Assembly (NCBI RefSeq): GCF_001194135.2
Contig: NC_068990.1
Coordinates: 64,663,869-64,727,868, forward strand
Source: Octopus bimaculoides
Taxonomy: Eukaryota
Length of the DNA stretch: 64,000 nt
Direction of reading: 5' to 3'
Shown here: positions 47,696-64,000 of the stretch, piece by piece
How the letters are laid out: each line of letters begins with the position of its first letter
How positions within the stretch are numbered: position 1 is the stretch's first letter
Notes under the pieces: model-generated
Told to the model about the DNA's origin: nothing
The model's input: the letters and a program-made list of their open reading frames with translations, nothing else
Databases searched by the model: none
Made by a program: the position numbers and the translations under genes

Positions 47696-48552
47696 AATAG
47701 TAGTGATGGTGATGATAATGATGTTAATAAAAATGCTAAGACTGAGAAGGATATTTAATTCAAGCATATAATATGGAAGTGATAAATAAAAGAGGAATCT
47801 GTATGTGTCCTCCTCTCTATCAGTCATCATCTGTCTGAATTTTCATAATCAAAAATAGTAATAATTAAAAAAAAAATAATAAAACGCAGAAACAAGTAAT
47901 ATTTCAGATTTAGGTAAGAAGGCTGATGAATTTGGAGTGGGTGTGTGTGGGGGGGAGTTAGCTGATTAAATCATACCCCAGTACTGGTGCTTTGTTTTAT
48001 CGACCCCCAAAGGGATTACTAGGCAGGATTTGAAATAAGAATGTAATAATCCAGAACAAATAACACCAGGCATTTTGACTGATGCTCTACCAATTTTGTC
48101 CTTGTGATTGTACATTAGGTACAATGCTTGAAATTCACTAGTGAGGTGTTCGTTGATTTATCAACTCCCCCAGTACTTACTGGTACTTTATCAACCTTTG
48201 AAAGATAAAAGACAAAGTTGATCCCCACTCCTACAGTTTGAAATCAGAACAAAACTGATCGTAACTGCAAGGTGTTAAATATTTCCGGTTCTCTACCAGC
48301 TGTGCCACCCATAAAGATTTCCTTTTTCAAATTCAGAAGGATTTACGTACAAGTCTACAAACTTCAAAAACATCTATAGCAGAGGTTTACATCAAATCCA
48401 CCTCCAAACAAATAATAATAATAATATTATTTTCTATAATTTTGAATTTTTATCACTTCTTATTTTGAACTTGACAAAGACAGACTTACTGTTGAAACAT
48501 CATTCAACCAATAAAATATCAATTACAATCGAATTGCACTCTTTGTCTTGAC

Positions 48553-48592
<40 letters not shown>

Positions 48593-49105
48593 TAATAATA
48601 ATAATAATAACAATAATCAATGATGATGATGATGATGATGGTTTCTATTGAAGGCACAAGGCCAATTGTTTTGAGGGAGAATATAATTAATTGAATTGAC
48701 CCCAAGACTTGATTAACCCCGCAAGGATTTAAAGCAAAGAAAACCTTGGCAGAATTGGAACCGAGAACATAAAAGTGACATAACTAAATACCTCACTGTA
48801 TTTTGTCCTCCACCAATCTACAGATTCGGCCACTCCATAATAATAATAACAATAATAATAATAATAATAATATTAATAATGGTTTTTCAAATTTTTGCAC
48901 AAGGCCAGCAGTTTTAGTGGGAGAGGAATAGTCGATTACATTGACCCCAGAACTTGACTGGTACTTTATTTTAACAACCCTGAAAGGATGAAAGGCAAAG
49001 TTGACCTTGATCGAATTTGAACTCAGAACATAAACAGCCAAAATAAAACATTGCTAAACATTTTGTCCAAAGCTCTAAGGATTCTGCCAGCTTGCCACCT
49101 TAATG

Positions 49106-49138
<33 letters not shown>

Positions 49139-49503
49139 TTAATAATAATAATAATGCTTTAAAAATTATTATTCAGAGTCAATAAATATAAAATTTGTTG
49201 TTTTTTTTTTTNNNNNNNNNNNNNNNNNNNNNNNNNNNNNNNNNNNNNNNNNNNNNNNNNNNNNNNNNNNNNNNNNNNNNNNNNNNNNNNNNNNNNNNNN
49301 NNNNNNNNNNNNNNNNNNNNNNNNNNNNNNNNNNNNNNNNNNNNNNNNNNNNNNNNNNNNNNNNNNNNNNNNNNNNNNNNNNNNNNNNNNNNNNNNNNNN
49401 NNNNNNNNNNNNNNNNNNNNNNNNNNNNNNNNNNNNNNNNNNNNNNNNNNNNNNNNNNNNNNNNNNNNNNNNNNNNNNNNNNNNNNNNNNNNNNNNNNNN
49501 NNN

Positions 49504-55362
<5,859 letters not shown>

Positions 55363-55729
55363 CTGAAGTGAAACATGAATAAATAAATAAACATATAAAT
55401 AAATAAACAAGTAAAAAGGATATCAAATTCTTTCAACGGAGTAAGATTTAGTATGTAATAAAGTGTCTCCTTTTTTTTTTTTAATGGCTTGTTGACCGCC
55501 ACTCAAAGAGAGAATAACTGGCTCTATGTGGTAAGAGAGAACCAATTGAAAGTTGGCCAGTCCGTATTCTGTTATCGGTACTACTGACATTGTAAAATTG
55601 AATGCTTTATCAATTCTTCCTGCTAGTTTTGTCAGAGCTTTTTGCATGGAAGCCGACTCCCACCCCCAGCACCACCACAATCCATAGCTGGTTCCGATCG
55701 TGAAACTCATGTAATGGACTCTCTCCGAC

Positions 55730-56410
55730 GCATAGACGTATTGGCTAAATATATTGGCTAATTGTGTTGTTGACTACAGAATACAGATGTAGTAGCTCAG
55801 GTTAACAAGCGTACAGACTAACGTTAATGCGTATTGGTTAAGGATAGCACATGTATTGGCTAAATAAACAAATGATAAACATATTGGTTAAAGATAACAG
55901 ACGTATCGACTAATTACAGCAGATGTATAGATTAGATATAAAAAAAAGGTATAGACTATAGGTAGCAGACGTTCGAAAGAATGACAACAGATATATAGGA
56001 CTATGGAAAACAGACGTATGAACTGAAGAAGAATGTCTCAACATAAAGATGTCCACCATATGGACGAAGAATATTAACTGTAAATTTATTATTTATCTAA
56101 TCAATACATCTACTATCTATATGTCCACGCATCTCTTATATTTAAACAAAATCTCTCTTATATTTAGTCCATATGTCAGTTATTATTAGTCTATACGTCA
56201 GTTACTTTTAGCTAATATATCTATTATCTATTTAATTATTGAATTACATCTGCTATCCTTAATCAATACTTGTTCTCTTTAGTAATTACACCTGTTACGG
56301 TTCATCGATATACATTAACATAAGTCAGTCGGTTTGTTGTCTTTAGTTGACACAAGTGTTATCTGTAGTCAACACATTTGTTATTCTTAGTCACTATATA
56401 TTCTTAGTTA
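55730..56410. repeat. Foldback-like element built of degenerate short subrepeats in inverted arms
   Basis: gtattggttaaggatagca versus tgctatccttaatcaatac; ttgactacaga versus tctgtagtcaa; recurrent gacgtatt/gactaa units. Confidence 0.6.
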
Positions 56411-57996
56411 CTGTATGAATTAAGGCGGTGAGCTGGTAGAATCGTTAGCACGCCGGGAAAGATGCTTAGCGACATTTCGTCCGTTTTGCGTCCTCAATTC
56501 AAATTCCGCCGGTGTTGACTTTGCCTTTCATCCTTTCGGACTCGATAAAAGAATACCAGTTGAGCACTGGAGTCGATGTAATCGACTTACCCCTCCCTTG
56601 AAATTGCTGGCCTTGTGCCAAAATTTTAAACCAATGTATGGATTAAGGGTGTCATGCATACTGGCTATCCCTTGATTGTAAATATTTGATGATTGCTATG
56701 TCGTTCAAGAAAGTTCTCTAAGAATTTGGATCAAGATTTCTAGTCTCTCTTTTTCCAGAATCACCAGTTATTCAAATGCTTTTTTGCTGTTGAAGTTCTT
56801 AGAAGCTACACATTTATTAATATACTTATACCACCTATACATGTACACCAATAACCTACAATTATGATATGAGTTATGAATAGATATAAGGATCCACTAC
56901 CGTACATATTTAGTGGAGGGGGGGAACATACTAAGAGCAACTTTTCGGTCGATTGTGATGCCCCCTAATATTCTAAAGTTTGAGAAGGAGAGGCGAACGA
57001 ATCCTAATCGATAAAAATGAATATACACGGTTCATCCCAAAAGTCATTCATGGGTCTATTTTCACAGTGCGACTAAATATATGTGGATATTAGAAATATC
57101 TCGCCTTGCCTAGGTTTAGCAATACCTAAGTTAAATATATTCACAGGAATTCATTATAAGTTGTTAAAATTGCTTTAAAAAGACGTTCAAAATCTGCAGT
57201 TGGTCTGGTAATATTGTTTCACTCAGAATAATACTTCCAAAAAAAAAAATTCAGTTCAGATTAATAAGCATGCACACACAAAAAAAGGAACATTTTGTTT
57301 TAAATATATTTAATTTTGATAATTACTCGAAATGAATAATTTTGTAAACAGTAATTTTTTTCGGATATCGATAGCAGTATTTGTAGGTGTTCAATATTAG
57401 TACCCCCAAAAGAGGTAACATATCATATAACGTTTTCCTTGAACAGATATGCTCCTACGCAAAATTCCAACCACCTTAGGTGGAACAATTATGGCCTACA
57501 TCTTGGAACACATACATACATACATACATGTTACGAAGATAACAATATAAGCTGCAAAGTTTCTCAGATCGATGAACATAGATTTTATTCATTAGTGTAA
57601 CTCTTACAGTAATGTATGCGGTGGAAATGTTTGTAGTTGCGGGGATATCACTTCAGAAAAACTATCATTATATCCGCAAGGGAATATAATATCTCTATTT
57701 TGTGCTTGTACATAATAAGATGTTACTTATGAACAGTGCAATCAAACGAATGAATCTTCGAATTATTCTAAGCATTTATATCGATGTTATTGGAAACCTA
57801 GGTTACACAACTATATCATGTTTAACCTTTGATGTCAGGATCTATCCCTATGAATATGTATTTCCATGGAGACATTTTCAGTTTGACGATTCAGGGCAGC
57901 TTTGCTTTCAGGTTGGTAATAGTTTCAATCGTGCAATTACACCTAACATGTATAAACAATGTATTACATATAATAATAATAATAATAATAATGATG

Positions 57997-58066
<70 letters not shown>

Positions 58067-58880
58067 TGATGATGATGATGATGATGATGATAATAATCCA
58101 CACAACATATAGAGCACTTGGAGTAATTTTTTGGGTGTAGTTTCTCTTTAATGCATACGGTATTAAAGAAATCGTCCTACCATATATATANNNNNNNNNN
58201 NNNNNNNNNNNNNNNNNNNNNNNNNNNNNNNNNNNNNNNNNNNNNNNNNNNNNNNNNNNNNNNNNNNNNNNNNNNNNNNNNNNNNNNNNNNNNNNNNNNN
58301 NNNNNNNNNNNNNNNNNNNNNNNNNNNNNNNNNNGAATACAGAAAACACACAGGCCACATAGAGAACATTTCCTTCATCAGCTGCCACCATTCTAAAACT
58401 AAGCGTTTCGAAGATTTAGGGCAGGACGCATTGTTAGAATGGCTCTTCCCACAGACCACAAATTAAATTCAAATTAAATTAAATTTAAATTAAATTTGTT
58501 ACGTGGAGGAATGTAGTGGCGGACAGAAAACAAAACAGGAAAACGAAACAGTGAACACAAACAAGGAAGGCTATACGGCCAGACGGGAAAAAAATATGTG
58601 TATGCTGAACGCTGTAAAGCAACGAACTGGAAGGGAGACGAAGAATGTTCAAACACCCACACACACATACATACACGCGTGAATATTATCATATTTGTTA
58701 ATCGGCTGAAGTTGCAGAGTGACTCAAGTCCCGCGAGTTTCATCTATTGGCACATAAACTTACAGACTTTATGTAGTCAATAGACTACATAGAGTATGTA
58801 TGTATGTATGTAAGATCCTGTATGTATGTATGTATGTATGCATGCATGTATGTATGTATGCCTGTATGTATGAATTTCTC

Positions 58881-58920
<40 letters not shown>

Positions 58921-59795
58921 NNNNNNNNNNNNNNNNNNNNNNNNNNNNNNNNNNNNNNNNNNNNNNNNNNNNNNNNNNNNNNNNNNNNNNNNNNNNNNNN
59001 NNNNNNNNNNNNNNNNNNNNNNNNNNNNNNNNNNNNNNNNNNNNNNNNNNNNNNNNNNNNNNNNNNNNNNNNNNNNNNNNNNNNNNNNNNNNNNNNNNNN
59101 NNNNNNNNNNNNNNNNNNNNNNNNNNNNNNNNNNNNNNNNNNNNNNNNNNNNNNNNNNNNNNNNNNNNNNNNNNNNNNNNNNNNNNNNNNNNNNNNNNNN
59201 NNNNNNNNNNNNNNNNNNNNNNNNNNNNNNNNNNNNNNNNNNNNNNNNNNNNNNNNNNNNNNNNNNATATATACGCAGACACACTCATACATATCCACAC
59301 ACTCACACACATCCACACCCCGACTATTTGTCTCTGTCACAAACAGACACTTTGGTTATAAAAATGTTTTTGTTTTTGTTACTGTATTGATAAACTGATA
59401 AAAGATTACTGTCAGAAGAATGAAACGCTATTTATTAATATGAAGTGGAAAAAAAAAATAACAAAAACAAAAAAACATCACTGACAGTACGATGACAGTA
59501 ACAATAAAATCGGTTGAAACAGATTAATTTAAAATAGAACGCTGTCTTTTCATTCAAACGCTTGTTTTTATGTTCCGGAGTTTTCATGATTTAAATGTGT
59601 AATATTTATAAAGTTTTTACAAAGAAACGTTTATTATTTGCGTCACTTTAAGGAGAACAGTTATGAGTTTAGTTTCACAATCTTTGTTTTTCCATTTTTT
59701 TACGGCATTGTAGATAGTTCTTTGAACATTTATAAGAAGGAAATGTCTTCAATTTGTTATTCCCGCAAAATTTCTAAACGTACATGTCTGACTCT

Positions 59796-59834
<39 letters not shown>

Positions 59835-60033
59835 ATATATGCATGTGTGTATGTGTTTATTTCGTTTTTGTTTTTGGTTTGCAAGATTCTTTATGTGAAT
59901 CCGTGTGTTGAAACAAACATTGTGCTTTGCGTCGGTGGGGTATGTCATTACGTCGGTAATAATGATACACGCACAGTGCGTAATAACCTACCGACAACAC
60001 ACACGCACATGCATACATACATACATACATACA

Positions 60034-60600
60034 TAAAGTGCAGACATAATAGACCGGATATAGTAATCTGGGACAGAGAAGAAACTCTGTACAGTAGTAG
60101 AAATCAGCTGTCCTGCGGATGTCAACATCCCACTAAAGATTAGAGAAAAAGAGAACAACTACGCCGAGCTACTGAGAAATTTACAGATACTCCACCCAGA
60201 CTACAAGTTCAGATTCATACCCTTGATTGTTGGGGCATTGGGATATGTAACGAACTGCCTCAACAAAAACCTGGGAAAATTAGGGTTCTCAAAACCTGAA
60301 AGAAAAAGGCTGATTAGAAGACTACAGATTCAAGCCATCAATGGAACTGTAAAGATATGTAAAACTTTCCAAAAATTTAGCACATAAATACATATGCATG
60401 CATCTAAAACGCATCCATAAAACAAACATACAAATCTGCGCATACACTAACACCAAATACTGCACACACACACATATGCACAAATACCTAGATGATGTTG
60501 ATAAAAGTTCCAATGAAGGAGCCTTGAATCTATGTTCGAGTCCGGCTCTTTCTCTATGGACAAGAAATACAGAAATGAAACTGATTGATAACATACATAC
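60034..60600 (+). mobile_element. Second family of restriction-like-endonuclease LINE (3' fragment) flanked by (CATA)n
   Basis: KCRHNRPDIVIWDRE / VVEISCPAD..KENNYAELLRNL..PLIVGALGYV..LQIQAINGTVKICKTF* (stop ends 60387); starts right after (CATA)n and ends in (CATA)n. Confidence 0.8.
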
Positions 60601-60904
60601 ATACATANNNNNNNNNNNNNNNNNNNNNNNNNNNNNNNNNNNNNNNNNNNNNNNNNNACTAACACCAAATACTGCACACACACACATATGCACAAATACC
60701 TAGATGATGTTGATAAAAGTTCCAATGAAGGAGCCTTGAATCTATGTTCGAGTCCGGCTCTTTCTCTATGGACAAGAAATACAGAAATGAAACTGATTGA
60801 TAACATACATACATACACACATACATAATACATGCATACATACATACATACATACATACATACATACATACATACATACATACACACATACCTACATGCA
60901 TATA

Positions 60905-62131
60905 CGCAGACATTACAGAAGTAAATAGACACCCCATAAAACATCGTTTTATGTTTATTCTAACTTGTAAGAGTTAATATTTTTTTTTATTAATTGTCCT
61001 TTTTATGTTTCAGGTTCTAGATGTAACTGTTTAATCATGTGATGTACAAACGAAGCCTTGGAACTGTCTAGATTTCAAAGAGGCCGTATTATGGATTATT
61101 GTGTAAAATTGTAGAAAATCTTGGGATCCCGCTCTCTGCAGAGGGTGATTGTGCAATTCACCACAGAGGGGTAGGTGTTCATATCACTTCGCCCAGATCA
61201 ACCAGGGACCTCTGACAGGACCCTTCTTTTTGTTAAGAGAAGTGTGGAGGATAATCCCCGTTGCAAGGCCTCTGACATGGCAGAACAAGTTGATGTCAGT
61301 CTCAGAACAGCTGTCACGTATCTCCACAAACTTGGTTACTATGGCAGAGCAGCAAGAAGGAAGCCATTTCTTCGACCAGCCAACATCAAGCGGAGACAAG
61401 ATTTGGCCAGTGAGATGGTGAAGAGGCCACTAGCCTTTTGGGACACTGTCATATTCTCCAATGAGTCCAGATTTGCTGTATTTCCTGATAGTGGTCGAGT
61501 GTGGGTCTGGAGATTATGTGATCAAGAATTTGATGTGAAAAGATTGCAGCTAACAATGAAACACGGCAGCTATTCTGTGATGGTCTGGGGAGCAATTTGG
61601 AGCAATAGTCACTCAGAGCTGGTGGAGTGTGAGGGAAACCTAAACTCAGATAAATATGTGTCTATATTGCAGGAAGGACACCTTCCAATTTTCTCCAGTG
61701 GTGAAATGATTATTTCTTTATTTATACTCTTTATTTATGGAAGATGAGACAGAGCTAAAATGACCCAAGATTTGTTGGATGAGAATGGCATTAAAAAGCT
61801 TCTGTGGCCAGTCACCAGATATGAACCCTATTGAACACCTCTGAGACATAATGGACAGGATACTTCATAAAAAGACCAAGAAAGCATTTTCAAAGCCAGA
61901 TCTTTTGAGGTTACTGCATGAGACTTGACAAGAAATTCCGCAAGAGAATATTCGTCATCTGATCAGCAACATGCCTAATAGGGTCTTTGCATTGAAAAAT
62001 GCAAAGGGCATGTCTACTAAATATTAAATATTCACATTATAACAATTAATAAATAATTTGAATGTATAATTTCAGAGTTAAATAAATTTTAATGATTATA
62101 AGTGTGTCTATTTACTTCTGTCATGTGTGTG
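60905..62131 (+). mobile_element. Tc1/mariner DNA transposon, decayed transposase
   Basis: About 28-bp TIRs (..acattacagaagtaaatagacac / gtgtctatttacttctgtcatgt..); [32 protein letters not shown] and SPDMNPIEHL motifs with frameshifts and stops. Confidence 0.92.
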
Positions 62132-62917
62132 CGTGTGTGTGTGTGTGCGTGCGTGCACACACACGCACATAGATTTAATTATAGGAACCTCAGTTAAACA
62201 AATGGAAGAAAACGTACTCAATACAATTAGTGGTTCTTAATCATTCGAAACTAATGATTCACTCCATTGCTATCCAGAGTTTTTCATCACATGTAATCAT
62301 TCAGACAACAAAAGGACAAATGGAGGAACTTGAAATGAAGGATAAAAAAAAAATAGGCATGCATCGTCGAAAATGTTTGGTTTTCGTTGATCAGCCTTTT
62401 CATAAGGTGATATGGTGCCTGGTAACGAAAGACTGGCGGCTGTCAATAAGTGAGAGGGAAAGGATTTCCATAGAAATTAACCATTTGCTTGGATAGTAGC
62501 TGATACCATTATGAGATATCCGATGGTAGTCAAGTGATTATTACAGTTGTATGAAGAGGTGGAATTACTAGTGTGTGGTGTAACCTGATTTAGTCAATAA
62601 AATGTGCCGATGACGATAAGATTGGTTGCAGTTTCTCAGTCAGTAGTTGAAATCCATTAAGAATTTGTTCCTATGCTTGTATGCAGGCAATATTTCGGAA
62701 CTCTTGCTTAACATGTAGGATCGTTAAATCAACACGTTTGACAGCGGTACTGTATACTCATACATATATCATAGACATTCTTTATATATGTTAGCATTGA
62801 TAGACTTTGTAGGTCTTGCCAGATTCATAAGAAAATCGATGAGATTGATGCGCAGACTGAATTTTTTTTCCTTTAAGTCGACGCATTTTGAAGAAATGTT
62901 TGTATGGAGAGAGAGAA

Positions 62918-62968
<51 letters not shown>

Positions 62969-63187
62969 AGATTTCTAAGCGGTTGTAACTTTAGAAGAAG
63001 AATGATTAGGAAAGGTAGGAATATTATGTAGAGGTAAGATAGGTGCATCCGACAGGTCATAACTTAAGTGGTACACAGCATCGAAAGGCAAAGAAAGGCC
63101 ACTCAACTGATTCACATGAAGTTACTCTCCAATACACTCCAACCATTGTCTCACAGACCTGCTAGCACCCCCCCCCCNNNNNNNNNN

Positions 63188-63222
<35 letters not shown>

Positions 63223-64000
63223 CTTTTGCTACTACAATGGCATTAATACACTAAATCTCTCTAGCTGGTTTCGTACCACTTTCATTCAGAAACTTCTCCC
63301 AAAACATAAGCTTCTGTAATTACATCTTCCCTCTTCCCGCAGCTTCTGGCATGCAGTTTTTTCAAGAGGTACGTTAACCGATTTAATCTTATTGGTTTGG
63401 GAGAGAATGCCATGAATACAGCTCATTCCTCCAAACCAGACCAATAAAGAGAAAAGGAAAAGAAAGACAGAAGCTACTGTGGTAACAGCAGTGGATTCAA
63501 TGAGCACGAACTGCGTATCTGTGTGCTATAAATTGTAGCATATTAATGAGTGAATCTTTACCAATCAGTTGGATGGCCTTATTTCAGATACAGCTTAAAA
63601 TGTTTGTGCATGTCGTAACAGCATCTAGATATCGATAATAAAAACCACGAAAACTGACTTCCAGATACTTAAGTAGTACTTTAATGCGGTTCACAGTTGT
63701 ATAAGATCAAAAACTGATCAGGGTTTGAATATTTTCTGGCCTTCAAAGAACAAAATTAGCCTTACATATGCAAATTTGGCAATGTGATAGATGCGGGATT
63801 ACCTTGAGAGATTTAGGGATTAAATCGTATATTATTCATATGTATGAAGTGTGCAGCGTAGAATTTGTCTCCTTGATATAAAGTGTAATGATTAGGCTTT
63901 GTGTTGGCGAAGGAAACGAGGTTGTTATATCTCCAGTGAAGTGAAGATTTTCGAGGCATTTGTTCATGGAAGTGATAATAACTAGTAGGAAGATGCTATA

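Noticed and set aside
55423-55710. 95-aa minus-strand ORF as the Argos-like 5' exon
   Set aside because: No phase-0 donor with a good consensus and no clear signal peptide.
60446-60820. Exact about 150-bp tandem duplication of the LINE 3' UTR
   Set aside because: The identical copies flank a 50-N gap, which is most likely an unmerged contig overlap.

Overview
Eukaryotic, repeat-rich, gapped draft-assembly window. The SINE families, microsatellite load and intron style look like a cephalopod (octopus) genome; this is recognised from memory, not from a search. There are about 14 N-gaps, most next to microsatellites, and ORFs spanning them are artefacts. Host genes: (1) the last six coding exons of WDR47 (+, 621-9282), all with GT-AG junctions in phase; (2) a minus-strand cysteine-rich gene (exons 55203-55362 and 52329-52555, plus a third starting at 49528 and running into a gap) whose Cys spacing follows Drosophila Argos/giant-lens; (3) a speculative 4-exon 97-aa minus-strand ORF converging on WDR47 (11502-13769); (4) a promoter-like CpG-rich segment at about 41.8-42.3 kb. 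The rest is a transposon mosaic. It includes a degenerate CsRn1/Kabuki-type Ty3/gypsy element (LTRs, tRNA-Trp PBS, TSD) inserted in a SINE and carrying a solo LTR in its protease. It also includes restriction-like-endonuclease LINE fragments in (AAT)n and (CATA)n microsatellites, Tx1-, RTE- and CR1-like LINE remnants, a Tc1 element, hAT and piggyBac MITEs and foldback elements. There are several tRNA-derived SINE families, one with swapped 3' tails and same-orientation arrays. Two Penelope-type minimal hammerhead-ribozyme-like motifs lie near 50.7 and 51.1 kb. No rRNA, bona fide tRNA or CRISPR array was found.
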